Of a DNA stretch of 64,000 nt, positions 22,601-37,600 are shown in pieces. Under the pieces are notes generated by a model that worked only from the letters and a program-made list of their open reading frames with translations, had not been told where the DNA came from and made no database searches. The stretch comes from Tubulanus polymorphus (Eukaryota; Animalia; Nemertea). The stretch's first letter is position 1, and each line of letters opens with the position of its first letter. The position numbers and the translations under genes are program-made. The stretch is taken from contig NC_134031.1 in the NCBI RefSeq assembly GCF_964204645.1, forward strand, positions 6,882,001 through 6,946,000, in the 5' to 3' direction.

Positions 22601-25600
22601 GTTGACAGTTTCGCAGTGCCGTATTGTTTGGACCCGTACTGCATGCTCAGTTGAATCTGGCGAAGCTAATTAACCCGGTTCAGTTTAACCCGGCCAATGT
22701 CGATCTGTTGAACTCGAGGCGATTTTTGATGTGTACTAGTTGGAAATATCGCCGTACTTATGTTGCTTGCAGCGTCGAGTCCACTCAGAAATATCTATAA
22801 TATCGAAAATATATATGGAGGATTATTTATGTGCTTAGATGATATTCATTTTATCAATAAACATAACCCAAGTGGAGACTTTTAGGAGAATTACTCACTT
22901 GCCGTGATCACACTAGCGTTTTTGGCCAGAGCCAAATTTGGTTTTGGTTTTTAAGTGCCAACTAGTCACACAGGTGCCAAATTTGGCCAACCTGAAACAT
23001 CAGACGAGGTCCATGCCAAATTTTAGTCTGGAAATATCTCACTTCACTTATAAAGCATTATTAAGTATCAATATCTCGGCGTACTCTCTAGACACGGGCC
23101 AAATTTGACTCGGGCCTGATCTGTGCCGATTCGACCCGGGCAACCAAATTGTCTCAGTGTGATCGCAGCTAATATCTTATGTGCCCATAGAAGCAACATG
23201 GAGCAGAACTATAAGAAGAAAATCATATGATTAAGAATGTTGTTAAAAAAACAACAAAGGATATGCCTTTAAAACAGATAACAAGATTCCTCGTATTTGA
23301 AAGTTTGTTTTGATGATGGTTTTTGTTTTTTTTTTCAGATAAATAACGTCAGTCAATTGAAATATGTGGAAGAAGAAGATCTCGTCGAGATGGGTATGTC
23401 AAAACCCGAGATCAGACGATTGCGCAAGTTCTTCAAGAAAGAATGTCCGCAAGGGGCTCTCGGTAAAATTAAAAAGGTAGGTCAGTATTTCGAAATTGTT
23501 CAGCGATACATATCTCATCGGATTATCTTACAGGATATGTAATGAGTAACCACATGTCTGTTCTAGTTAGGCGAATGAACTTATTTTTCGTATCGAAGAT
23601 GTTATGAAATAAAAAGTAATTTTAACCCTTTCAGTACTGAGTAATTAGTACCGAAAGTGCTGGAGTTGTTGTGAAAAGTTTGAAAATTCCACCCCGGTGT
23701 GTTGAATGATAGGCATACCTATAGTGTATCAACACTGCGGTGCGGTGTATTGTTAGTTACCAATATTTCACTATGTTTGACAGGTGCTACCATCTTTCAA
23801 TGGAGATAAAAACTAATTAGTAATAGCATCAATACACCCTGATGCAGTGTACTAGCAAGGCCCATCACCAATTTATAGACTGCACAGAGCTGTAAATGCA
23901 CTGAAAGGGTTGAAATCATCATTTTAAGATAAAAACGTAGCAACATTATTCGATAATTGCAGAAAATATCAATGCGATCGGGTCAGGCGGGTAAAATGGC
24001 CAGTCCGCCGACCGTTCACCGCGGAGCTCCACAGGTCAAGGCCAGTAAACACATCATACCAGCAGACGCGATGAGCGTACAGAAGACTCTTGGTACGGGA
24101 GAATTCGGTACCGTTCAGCAGGGAATCTGGACGAACGAGGACGGCGAAAGAGTAAGTACTTAAAAACTGAACTTTATCGTATTCAACTGGAATATATCAC
24201 CTGCGAGTGTTACATTGAACATTGATGGCAGCAATAAACAGTACCCAGACTTGACTACCACTGCTATTTGAGAATTGTTTGGTTTATTCTGGGTTGTACC
24301 AGTCCTGAAAACCATGGAAAGTTAATTATTTTTCAAGGCTCATAAGAGTTATGAAATTTTATGTTTTGTGTTATGCTGTCTGGGTAATTTTGTCTTGTGG
24401 TTTTAGTACCGTAGTATTTGTTTTCTTAAACTTCCAATTCAGCCCGAGTGAGTATAAGCTTACCTTAAGCCTGGTGCACACAGGCGACAGTTTCGAGCAA
24501 TTCTCGAGCAACCGCCCGAATTGCTCGGCGTCGAACGAAAAAATCGCTCGTCTGCGGCAAGGGGCGACAGCGATTGCTCGTTGTCGAAAGGAATTGCTCT
24601 GTGTCGCCCAATATCAAACATGTTTGATATTAGGCGACGGAAAATTGCTTGTCGCCGAGAAATTGCTCGGCGATCGCTGGGGAGTTGCCCGTGTGCGGTA
24701 GCTAGAGACACCAAGCGACAAGCGACTCATCAACTAGCCAATGAGAGAGCGAATGATTATCATGTGATACTTCCAAATACGGCATCACCGGGCCATCTTG
24801 ACAAGTCGCATGATAAAAATGTTTGGCGCGAAAGATAATCGCCTCTCCGTCGCCAGTGGTCGCATACGGGCGACACCTAGCGATCGATTGCTCATCGGTT
24901 GCTTAGAAATCGGTCGCAGCAACCGGCGACTAAAAATTGCCTCGTGTGCGCCGGGCTTTAGGCGACTAGAAAGGGTTTCAGAAACCCCTGAGGTTAGAGT
25001 TGTGGTTGCGAGTGATACAGAATATCCACTTGAGGTAATCTCTCGATGCTTTCAGTCAGAATAAACACTCAGTTCTAGGTCGTATCTAGCTTTAGATGCA
25101 TCGGTTCCTTACACTCGTATATAGGTGGCATTTAAACAGGGTCCTTGGAACTCCTCGGTTTAAAAAAAAAAACTCCTTCTGAATGAAAAATAGTTTTGAA
25201 GGTGCTTGAAATTCCTTTAATTTGAGCAAAATATCAGTAACTTTTTCAAAACTCCTTCAATTTTGAGAAATAGGCAATAAGATACTTTAGAAGTTGTACA
25301 TAAGACTACGCCTTATTTGGTACAGTTCGAAGCAGGGTCTTTTTGTTAGCCTACCCTGTCAGGGGATTGCTGAATTAGAAATCAAGTTTAGTGTCAAGTA
25401 TAAAAATCTGCTTTCAAAACCATCGAATTAATGGATTTAGGAGTCACCTGCAATTGGGATATGAAAGTGATGCAGATGCTTCATTGAAATATGAAATTTT
25501 CTCCTTTAAAACTTGCCTAAATCCTGGAACGATGGATCTTTAGTTTAAGAACATGTTTTAGTTTTGTACCGGTTTATTTCAGACCTAAAATCTCATCATC

Positions 25601-28600
25601 CGGGTACATGTGTATTTCTCGTTGTAGATCCAGGTGGCGATAAAGTGTGTCAGTAAAGAGCGAATGCAGCACGGGCCGCAGGATTTCCTGAAAGAGGCGA
25701 CCGTCATGCACGCGATCGACCACGACAACATCGTGCGAATGTACGGCGTCGTTTTGGACCGCGACCGATTGATGTTAGTCACGGAACTCGCTCCGTTGCG
25801 ATCGCTGTTGGAATGTTTAAAGGACACGAGTTTACGAACTCAGTTTCCCGTGACGACTCTGTGCGATTTCGCTCTACAAGTGTCGGAAGGTATGAACTAC
25901 CTGGAAGGAAAACGACTGATTCACAGAGATTTAGCGGCCAGGAATATTCTAGTCTTCTCTAAAGATAGGGTATGTATCTGATATGATTCGTGATTATTCA
26001 GTTAAGTCCCACAACGTGAAAGTAATAAAAAGAATTCAGATGAACTGATGATGCCCAACGCGCCTGTTGAAATTCAGTGTACCTGTTGATGATAAATGTA
26101 CCTTTTGATGATCAGTGTACCTGATGATGCCCAGTGTACTGTTGATGATCTTTGTGCCTGTTGACGATCAGTGTACCTGATGATGTCCAGTGTACCTGAT
26201 GATGTCCAGTGTACATGATGATGTCCAGTGTACCTGATGATGTCCAGTGCACCTGATGATGTCCAGTGTACCTGGTGATGCCTAGTGTAACTGATGATGT
26301 CCAGTCTACCTGATGATGTCAAGTGTAACTGATGATGTCTAGTGTACCTAGTGATGTCTAGTGTACCTGATGAGGTCTAGTTGTGGGATTAACAACCTAC
26401 ATTGCACCGCCAATATTAGGCCGATTTTATTCCAGACACATTCATGTCAAGTCTTGTCTGGAAATGGTTCACATTCGCATCATTCCTCTAGTGTCTGAGT
26501 TTATATTCTATCGGATCCATGCTTCTGTTCTTTCTAACAGACGACCAAACGATCCAGTGTTTGTTTGATCATTGTTTTTGTAAGCTCAACGATCGACAAT
26601 CGATATATTAATAACCCCGCAGCTACAGGGGACTTAGTGGGCGGGCGTGTACGTTTGATATTTACTTGTCCTTTGATAAACCAGCGCTATTTCAGTGATT
26701 ATCAGTAAACCGACTACGTATTGTGAAATTGATATTTGGTATTCCTGTAGAGATTACGGATGGTTTTGTAGGGCAGCCGCTGCTGTAAGCAAGATCTGTG
26801 TGTTGGAATATAAGTTAAAATATCATTTGGTTTCCGCTAAAAACCATTATCAAGGAATGAAATATAGATTTTAACGATTTCAAATTTTAACATTTTGGCT
26901 TCGTGATCATTGGACTTATATTTAACTCTTCTTTCGCGACTCATTGTGAACTTTTGCTTGTTTTCTATTAGAAACTCACAATTCGAGTCAATCAAGTGAT
27001 GTCTAAATTAGGTGTCTCTCAAAGAGTCAAGATTAGTTTGCGTCCTAAATACATACGATGTTATTTGTGGGTGGATTGAACATTTAAACAACAGGGATGA
27101 AAATCTTCCGACCATAGACGGATTTCCGACCTTTTCCAACATTTTCTTCATTCCTGAGATCAGTGTATATCGCCTCAATCGCTTTAATCACCTCAAGTCC
27201 ATCCGAGCGCTCCATAGTTAGGAGTGCTCCTTAGGACAGTTTTCGGCGGTAGTTAGCACAACTGTGGAGTTGGAGAAACCAATATGGCGTCTCATTCAAA
27301 AAGCGACTCTAATTCAGACCCAAACTATTAACATTTTACCAATAGAAATTAAGTTTTTTGACTGAAAGTTACTGATTTTTATTCCCCAAAAAGATTCTTC
27401 TTTCCGACTTTTTCGATATGGCCCGCAGCATGGGTAAAAGTTGCTGAAATAGGGTTATGTCACTGAGGTTTGGTGCTATGTATTTCTTTGGGTTTTTATT
27501 GGGCATTGAAACATGTAAATGCCCTTAGGACATTCTACCCATATTACCGGTCGTGTCAAATTTGATGACCCTCAGAGGTGCTGTGACTTATGAGGAGTGG
27601 TTTTGAACATTTCCTCGCATGGTTTTTGGGCATTGAATTTCTGACAGTTGGGTCCAGTCTCAAATTCCGGATCACATGGTTCCAACAGAACAGGGAAATT
27701 GGGAAAAAATTTTTAAATAATAATTCCTGGTTTGGAAATATTTGGGAATTTGAAAAATTTTCCTCAAATCAGGGAAATATTTGGGAAATTCATTTACATT
27801 TCGCGTATTGCATTTGCCAAGGGTAACTTTCTTCAGCGATTTCCCTGGGGAATCACCGATAACAACCAGTCACCACTAAAATGTTGAATGTAGCCGGATA
27901 GTATCTGTTCATTTCCATTTGGGAAAATTGAAAAATCACCCATGAAATACTTGGGAAAAACTTGGGAATCTTTAATTCATATAACTGTGGAAACCATGGG
28001 ATCATCATGATACGCGCGAGAAATTTGCAAGAAATGTAGATGGTTATGACGTTGATGTCTGGTAGTATGTCACTCGAGTGAGTCTGGTTTTATATGTGAC
28101 AGTAGTGAGTTGCGCGCGTAGGTGGATCACTCAGCCTCCTCCGCTACCACCACCACCAGCACTAACAGCAGCGATGGATATTGATCGAGCCAGTCTCGCT
28201 CTTCATAATTTCATCTCGTGTAAAAATTGTGTTTATCACTGGTAGTATATTCGCGAAGCGTTCCGTTATCTGTTGACAAATCGACGGTTAGTCTATTATA
28301 TACGCGCGCGATGTCGCTATAAATGGTGACTAAATCGACTACTCATATTTGTCTTCTTACCCCCCCCCCCCCCCCGGAATAAATACGTAGGTCGGCCTTG
28401 CCACTTGTTACAACGATGCTGTTGCCATCGGTGACAATCTTGTTGCCAACGTGCCCTCGCGACTGCCTGGTGACGCTGGTCATGAGGGAAATGTTCGAAT
28501 AAACACTCTAATCAGTGTACACCGTAGATAACTGAAGAAATCTCGCAGTTCAAATTTTATATGATAAAATTCATTATTTTGAAACCACAACGTTTCGGCT

Positions 28601-31600
28601 GTTTCAACGACGTTTCAACAGGTCGTTCCAACTGATGATGGATGTCACATTTAAACCAAACTCGCCATCATTCCACCTGATGCTAACGTTGTGGTTTCAA
28701 AATGATAATTATTTTCATATGAAATTCGAATCGTCGGATTTCTTCAATTATCTGCGAATGTTCTACTTTCTGTGACACGAGGCGACGCGACCGTCTCTCC
28801 TAGTCGCGACGTACGTAAGTCGCAAGAGCGACTGACGGAGACTAGTCAACATGTCGTAGTTGACCTATTTGCACCCATATTTTCTGGTCAGTCGCAACCG
28901 ATCAAATCACGTTGCGAGCAGTCACGTGTGTGATCCAAGACTAGTCTACTAATGCCCGTGCCTGTGCCAAGTTTTTTTTTAGGGGTTCTATTAGTTTTTT
29001 AGCAGTTCTATTTCTAGAAAAAGGGCCCTTTTTCACCGTAAAAAGGGGCACTCTCTTATTTAAAAATGACAGATTTTAAATGTGAAGTGCCCGGGTTCCT
29101 GAATAAATCATTTGAGAATGGATTACTTTTCATTTTCCAAAAAGGCATGAAAATTGTATCCAAATTTTCAAAAAATCTTAACCCAATACTGTATCCTGAA
29201 GAGGCTTGCCAGTGATGTCATATAGTTTGTTTGACCGTCAGTTTTTGGAGACTCGCCTTACTTAACCCTTTCAGTGCTGACTAATCAATACCCTATACTG
29301 CTGGAGATAATTTGAAATATTTGAAAAATTCCACCCTAGTGTGATGAATAACGGGAATACCACTATAGTGCGTCTACACCGCGGCGCAGTGTATCGTTAG
29401 TTACTAATATTTCACTATGTTTGACAGGTGCTGCCATCTTTCAATAGAGATAAAAACTAATTACTAATTACATCAATACACCGCAGTGCAGTGTACTAGC
29501 AAAATCCATCACTGATTCATACACCGCACTGCGGTATAGACGCACTGAAAGGGTTAACAACAAAATCTTATATGGTCACATGTACAAATTTCGGGATCTG
29601 TCGTGTAAATCCGTCACCTATTCACCGTTGGTGTTGCGATGCGAAAAAAGCATATGGCTGCACGACGACGTCTATACACCTGCAACCTCTAGCAGACTAG
29701 TATTCTGTATCTTATCTCAGACGGCTGAATACATTATCCGATGTCAGACTTAATCCAGTACCTGTACATGTTGGACATGTCGTGCAAGTGCCTGTATGTG
29801 ACACTGGTACATATCATGTCGGGACACATGTACTCGTGTAGGGGCAAACTAGTTTACCCTAGCATCGACATTCTAGACTATATCGGTATCTACCAGTGAC
29901 GGGTCCAGGGGCGATGTCCGGGGGTCCAGAAATCCCCCTCAAATTTTGAGGACTCTATAATTCCACCCTGAAAAATTCTGAAATAGATCAGAATTTTGTC
30001 GTGGCAATTAGCTGTTTTACCATTCTAAGTGATCTAAACGCGTGAGCAACGAAATCGCGACGAAGCTTGGAAAAACTACCCTAGATTTCCTTAGGGGACC
30101 CCCTTCCTTTCACCCTGGATCCGTCCCTGTCTACATCCGAGACTACAGCATTGTTACGTAGTTCGATTCGTTCGAACTAGATCCTTATTCCGTTTCACAG
30201 TTTTTTGGTAGCTATCGGCTTTATTTTTCTCATATCTCGGATATGTTGCCACGGTAACAATGTGTCAAGTCGAGCATGGACCTGGACTATATAAGACTGA
30301 GTGTTATAGACGAATGTTTGGAGAAATATTCGATTTTTAAGACCGTTTATTAACCCTTTCAGTGCGTCTACACCGCAGTGCGGTGTATGAATCAGTGATG
30401 GATTTTGCTAGTACACTGCACTGCAGTGTATTGATTTAATTAGTAATTACTAATTATCTCTCTTGAAAGATGGCAGCATCTGTCAAACATAGTGAAATAT
30501 TAGTAACTAACGATGTACCGCGTCAGGGTGTAGATGCACTATTGTGCTATTCCCGTTATTCAACACACAAGGGTGGAATTTTACAGAATATTCAAATTAT
30601 CTTCAGCACTATAGGGTATTAATTAGCCAGCACTGAAAGGATTAAGACGTTGAATTTTCTGTACTTCTTTTTAGACATTTCTTCAAGTCAGAAATAAAGA
30701 ATCCAGGAATTTTGAAAATATTTAGGAATTCTCTTGATTTTCCTCTAATCGGGGATGATTTGGGAAGTTCGTTTTACATTTCACGTAGCATCTGTTCTGG
30801 GATATCAATCGTCGAATCAAAGGGCAACTAAGTATCTTTGGCAATTTGTCTTGAAAATCAAAATGAACTGTTGATGACCGTGTATTAGTAGGTTGATATG
30901 CCCACTTTTACGAAGGCCCTCATTTCTATTCAGCAGAGCTGCCAACTATCGGGAAAATCCTTGAATATACCTCACCCCGCTACTGAAAATCTATTGCTGT
31001 CCTTGAAATAATTTTCTACTGCCTCTCAACATCGCTTTGATTTTTCATAACAATATAATTCTAATTTTTTTTCTATGTCATAAATGGCTGCCAACATCAG
31101 TCTGATAAGTTAACGGAAAAATTGAAAAATTACTCATAAAATACTTTGGGAATTGGGTATTCGTGTTATTACGTTAAGGCAAATTTTCATTTCTATTTAC
31201 AGATAAAGATCGGCGATTTCGGTCTGTCGCGAGCGCTCGGATTAGGCAAGGATTATTATCAAACTAATTTCAACGTGAATTTGAAATTGCCGATCGCCTG
31301 GTAAGTCCATTTATAGATTATCTCACAGTTCCTGCTCCTGAAAGCGGCTTTTAAACATTTTAAAACATAACCGTTCCGTATTAACGATTTCCGCCTTATT
31401 GCGTGTAGTGTTCGTTGTCACTGCTCTGAATAGCTTGTGCTAAAATAGATGAGAATTGTTGGTTATTTTTTGAAGGTGCGCTCCCGAATGTATCAATTAT
31501 CTGAAGTTCACGTCGAGTTCCGATGTATGGGCGTTCGGAGTGACGGTCTGGGAGATGTTTTCGTACGGTTTTCAACCGTGGGCTGCTATGACGGGTCAAC

Positions 31601-34600
31601 AGGTGAGTAAATCGGTCTTTAATTGTTAGATTGGCTATAGAACTAAGATGGTCTTATAGACTGGTCTTAAATCTCAGCCCTAAACAACAGTTCTGAGATA
31701 AGTTTCGACTTCCACAAATGAAAATTCACTAATTTTTCAAGAGCTATAGAACCGGGCTGCTATCGTCAACCTGTTATAGGCCCAGACTCGCTTAAACTAA
31801 ATGCGCGTTGAGTCATCTTTAAAAAATACTAGCGACGATATGAAATATTTCATTCACGCTCGGGTGAATATTTTCGAAAGGCATTGTATTTTAAGGCAGA
31901 CGCTTTTCTCGAATTAGAAAAAAAAATGGTTTAAAAAAACGTATGAATGAATTCGAACGGGTTTCTGCGAATGAGTGGGTGAGGTTTATATTATCGATAT
32001 TCACGGTGAACCCTTTAGGGTACGTGTCGGTCTGCACACCTTTGTAGCCCTGATTGAATCAACCCACGCCATTAATCTCGCTATTGAAACGTGTATTCCT
32101 TGAAACCGAAGATATGGATACATGTATATTCGAGGTGGTGACCACGTTTTATTGAATTATTCATGAACTATTCGCACATCGTTTGATTATAAATCGTTAG
32201 ATAAGTGTTTTTCTCTCGATACGGATTTAGTTTCCGCGTTTATATCTGAAGATCAACTAAATCCCAAAGCGGTGACGATCGCGCGGAGAAAATTTGGCGT
32301 GGGTCAAACTGGCGTGGACCCGTCGCACTTACGTAGATCACTTTTTTCTGAAATAATGATAGTGTCATTTATATAGGAACCAGAGATAGTTCAAATATGC
32401 TCCAAATTTGGTATTATTACCCCCAGCCATTAACCATTTATCAGTCATCTCACCTTGGGACGAGTTACATCCGAGCAGCTACTTGGCAATAATTTTATCT
32501 GTATTTAGATTTGGCATGGGCCTGGTCTGACGCGTTTCTGGTCAGGGCAAATTTCTGCCCTAAATTCACGTTTGAAGAGTGACGTATGATTCACGAACTA
32601 TTTAACGGAAGTTAACAGGATTTGGTTCATTTGAATCAGGAGGCTATCAGCTTTGATTTCATGTCTGGATTATCGAAATCGTAATAAGGAAATAGTAGTA
32701 AGCGACTGCAGCGCAATACAACCCTGAAGCGCGCATCCATTTGGCACAGGTGTGAATATTTTGGTCAAAAATGCTCATGACAGCCCATTTCTAATTATGG
32801 TATGGTCCCCAATCCGACCTGAAAACATTTACAAATTTTACACCCCGTTCCACTACTGCATTAGTTGTAAATTAGCTGATATATTCTCTTCTATCGAACC
32901 AAGTCCTTTAGCCTGTGTACAAAGAGCTGCATAACCGAATTCGAAGTCTGCGCAAATATAGATTCCGTAAAAATTTTAAACGAGGATCATTTATCAACGC
33001 GCTCGCGAATGTTTCGAAACGGAAGCACCGTTTTTGTACGGCGTCGTTCGGGAATAAAAACGAAGTGTCTTTGCGAGCGTTTCTGAGAATGCGCTATGGA
33101 TGTTTGGTGTTCATCCATTTCGATGTACAGTAAATGCAATGGAATAAAACCTTTTCATGTCGTGAATTTATTACCGTAAATACGAGAAAAAACATTCATT
33201 GATGGCCGTAAATAAAAACGCGTGGTTTTCTGATGTTTGTAAACATTGGTTAGATCATGACATGTTTTTCGTAAACTGTACCCGGCGAAATAGAAACAAG
33301 GTAATAAACGAAATGGTTTAAAAAAACGCATCGAACTGCGTCACCCGGTCGTGATTTATACCTATTCTGGTGTTACTTCGAGATGGTGGCCAATTACCTA
33401 GAAGTCAGGACCCAGTTCGACAGTTGTGAGTTAGAGTTAAAGTTAGTTCATTTTCAATGAGTTAACTCAGAGTCAGATCTTAACCCAGAACTGTGGCACT
33501 GGGCCCAGGCAAAAGTCGGGGAAATTTCATTTTTTTTTTAAATGAAAATTTTTTGTGGGGGATTTTTGTAATAAAAAAAAAAGCTAAAAATCAGGGAAAC
33601 AACGCTCATGTCAGTGAATGGTCAGAAAAAAACAGGGAACACAACAGGCATGTCGGGGAATAATCAGAGAAAATTCAGGGAAAACAACGGGCATGTCGGG
33701 GAATAGTTGGGGAAAAGTCAGGGAAAAAGCGAGTCAAATAAAAATGGCCACCCTGTAAAAAGGGCCAGATTACAGAGTCAAAAGCTGAATTAATGCATTT
33801 TATATACTGTGGCAATGTTTATGGACTTATCAGCCGGCTTAGTTTATTCCGTAAAAAAAGAAAAAAACCTAGTTTCCGAAACCCATCAGGCGCTTATACC
33901 CGCGTAAACAGTGTTTTTATACGTAATGCGCTATAAACTGTATTTGAAAACCGGCCAGACTGATGGCGGTTACGGATGAAAGAGGCATTTTGTAGTTGAT
34001 ATTTTTTTGTAATTCCTGGTACGTTTTAAGTCGCATACTCTGAGCTGATCTACTCGCGGGTAATCGTTTTATCCATTCGTGTGTGGCGGCGTCTACGTAG
34101 TAAACTCTCTCTCATTTTCGTCTGGGTCTCTTCTTTTTTTTTGTTAAAGATTGATATGGCCGCCTCATCTATATAATCCATTAATGGCTACTCTCGACTG
34201 TTAAGTATTAATTGTGATCCTGTTGAGTGGTCAGTCATCGGCACCGTGTCCCGAAACGGTCGAGGAAAAACGTCTGTAGCCCTCTTAATTAGTGACGGCA
34301 GGAATTAGTTTTACCGAGATGTTAATGTCTAATGGGAGCATTGTTTACTCGGATGACAACCAACGCTGTAATAACCGGATGCGCCCAACAGTAAAAAAAC
34401 AGGTTTACAATGGAAAAAAAGCAATTTGTATATTTTCGTATTGTTGTGTAGTGTGGGGACACTTGAAAACAAAAAAAAAATTGCTGTTTTCCACTCGTTT
34501 TTGTTTTGGGTTCCGTGTTAACATACGTACGTAAGTATGCATACATCCGGCTTTACGGATTCGAAAACCTGTGATGGCATCGGCACGAGAACCCCTCCCG

Positions 34601-37600
34601 CAGTTGACCAGGTCTCCAACTGTCCGTACTAGGGGAGGAATCTAGTTATGGAATGTCAATCATCACGTTCGAATCGCGGCTAGACAGGAAGTAATAGTTC
34701 ATGATTTCGTTATTTCCTGAGCAAACCACGTCAGCGTTCATGTAACTGACCACAAAAAGCTGTCGAGAGAAGATTTACATACTTAAGCTATATTCTATAT
34801 AAGGGGCTTCATTTAGGATGAACCGAGAGCTTAAGCTGAAACACGCACATCAGGAGGCGAGTTGCTCAACCAGTGGATAGTTGTCATAGTGACAATTGAA
34901 AGTTCATTGTTGCTATGGTATTTATCCACCGGTTATCTTAAACCAAATTTTGAGCAACTAGCCCCAGCTGCTGCCATGTACTTTGAAGTTAACAAGTACC
35001 ATCTTTGCAATGGAATTTCAATTGTTACTGAAAGTATCCACTGGTTAATTTTAACCATATTTTGAACAACCGCAGCCCCTGCAGTTGATTCAAGTTAACC
35101 AGTATTGTGAATAAAAGACTTAGTTCCTGTAAAACATAATGCTTTATTATCCGATGAAATTCTGCGCGCAACTGTGGCCCGTGACTCTTTATTTCATCAT
35201 CAGTTTTGAAAACAGAAGCATTTGATAAGATTTTGAGCTGCGAAAATCGAATAAAAGACAAACAGCAGAAAATACGATGATTAGCCCGAGGTGCCTCACC
35301 ACCGGTTCAAACAGTTTTATAGATTTTGCGGAATTTTCGACAAAAATATTTCTCCGCGGTTCATGCTGAATTGATTTTTATTTTTTCTCCGCAGATATTG
35401 GATACGATCGACGAGCCGAACTGCCAGCGTTTAGAACAGCCCGATTGTTGTCCGAAAGACTACTACGAGATGATGTTGAAATGTTGGGCGCATAATCCCG
35501 AGGAGCGACCTGCGTTTGCCGATCTGATGTTTCGTTTACCTCAGGTAAGACAGGGCCGCGTTCCGTTTCGCGGTCTGATAATAATCCAGGTTGGTTCCAC
35601 CGCCTGGAAATCAGGGAAACGTGAGGGAAAGTTAAAAGTCTGGGAATTTTGTAAAAAAAGCTAAAAATCAGGGTAAAGTCTGGAAAATATGTTGAGATTG
35701 CTAGATCATGTGTCAAATGAAACAGTTTCTGTCGATGTTCTGCGTATTCGACTGTGTTAATTGATTGGATTCTTAGCGAATCAAATCAGGGAAAACAATT
35801 TGCAGTCAGGGAAGTCTGGGAAAAGTCGAGTAAATTTCTTTTCTTTTAAATCAGAGTCAGGGGAATTTGTTGAGACAGCAAGATTGCGTGTAAATTCAAT
35901 CAGTGTTCATTTATGTGTTACGTATTTGACTGTATTAGTAGATCAAGTCAGAGAAAACGATGCGCATGTCGCGGAAAAGTCATGAAAAAAGTCAAATAAA
36001 AGTGGCCACCCTATAATGTAGAAGTAACACCAATTCAACCAAGACTATTCATTGATATCTATTGTCACTGTTTTGATTTTTTTCCGGGCAATTATGACTC
36101 AAGAAATGGGTCAAGAAATGGTTGTAAGTCATCACAAGTTTAAATCATCAGATTGGCTATGAAACTAAAACAGATCAGGGCCCAGTTTCACAGTCATGAC
36201 CTTAAGTCCAATAGTGATCTTAAATCTTAACCCCTTCAGTGCATCTACTCATTAGTGCAGTAGATAAATCTGTGATGGACTTTACTAGTACACCGTATCA
36301 CGGTGTATTGATGTTATTAGTACATGTAATTAGTTTTAATCTCTATTGATGGCAGCACTTATCAAACAAAAGTGAAATATTAGTAACTAACTACACACCG
36401 CACTATAACGGTATGCCCGTTATTCAACACACTGGAATTTTCAAATTATCTCCAGCACTTCCGGGTATTAATTAGTAAAGCACCGAAAAGGGAAAGGTTA
36501 AAACTCAACTAAGAAGGTCTTAACTTGTTAGATTGACTTCATAGAACTGAGATGGTTATAGACTGGTCTTAAATCTCGGCTAACTTATTGAAAATGAACT
36601 AATTTTAACTCAGAGTTAACTCTAACTTAGAACTGTGGAACTGGATCCAGTACTTTTGTTGTCTGTAAGAACTCCAGAATTCATTTATAGCTGCTGAAAT
36701 CGAATATTCCTCAGAAGCACACGTCCTATCGAATTTTTTCATAAATCCAGGTGTAATACTCGATATTACCGATTAAAGAAACCGTCTTGAATTTTCTCTT
36801 TTAATACACGTCGAAAAAGTATGACTGAATCGATTGGACCCTGGATCTCGGCGAATGATATCATGCGACTCTGCCATTTGATCCTCATTCTCTAAAACGA
36901 ATCTGAATCTGAATGAAGTATGCCGACAGAAACGAATTCCGGCATGTGGCTGGCTGGTGAGAGAGGGTAGGCTACGGTACGAGGCTAGTAACAGTGGAGC
37001 CTTGCCCGAGAAGCTTCCACCAGAGCTGCTGGGACAGTGGTGTCGTCTAAAGGGTTATTCCGTTCTAACAATGTTATGATAACTGATGATGAATGATACA
37101 TATCTTTTCAGTTGAAACCCGAACAAGTGAAAGCCGTTAAAGATTCGCCCGCGAATCTGAGTTCGAAAGATTACCTGGAATACCGGACGAACGACATAAT
37201 CACCGTGCTCGACAAAAAACCGCCCGACCACCCCGACCTGTACAAAGGTTGCCTGGCGACCGGAAAAACGGGACTATTTCAACCGGGCGACGTCGTGCCG
37301 TATTACGAGGAGAAAATCGTCAGTCCCGTTTACCGCAAAACGAAAATCAATCGACGAGGTAAGTAAAAACGCCGCCGCCGCCAGGGGGCGTTTTTAGATA
37401 CGTACCCCGGTACTTAAATGTGTCGCTCGGAATTGAATTCGAAGAATGATAATTCAATTTTCGAACGCTTTTATTACCTTTCACCGTTTTTATTTATCTA
37501 TATCTCTCGGTATTGTACGCGTTCTCAGTTCCGCGAATCTCGGTAATGGATAAACTTTGACCCTTCGATGAATGAAAATGCTCTATAAATGGCAGCGTTC

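Noticed and set aside
24351-25064. Cluster of overlapping ORFs
   Set aside because: They fall within a GC-rich Harbinger MITE and show no transposase motifs.
26040-26381. Repeated CTGATGA/TGATGA suggesting a hammerhead array or C/D-box snoRNAs
   Set aside because: No GAAA half-core, stem II or terminal stems; a simple 19-bp tandem repeat. The ORF 26074-26322 is a repeat artefact.
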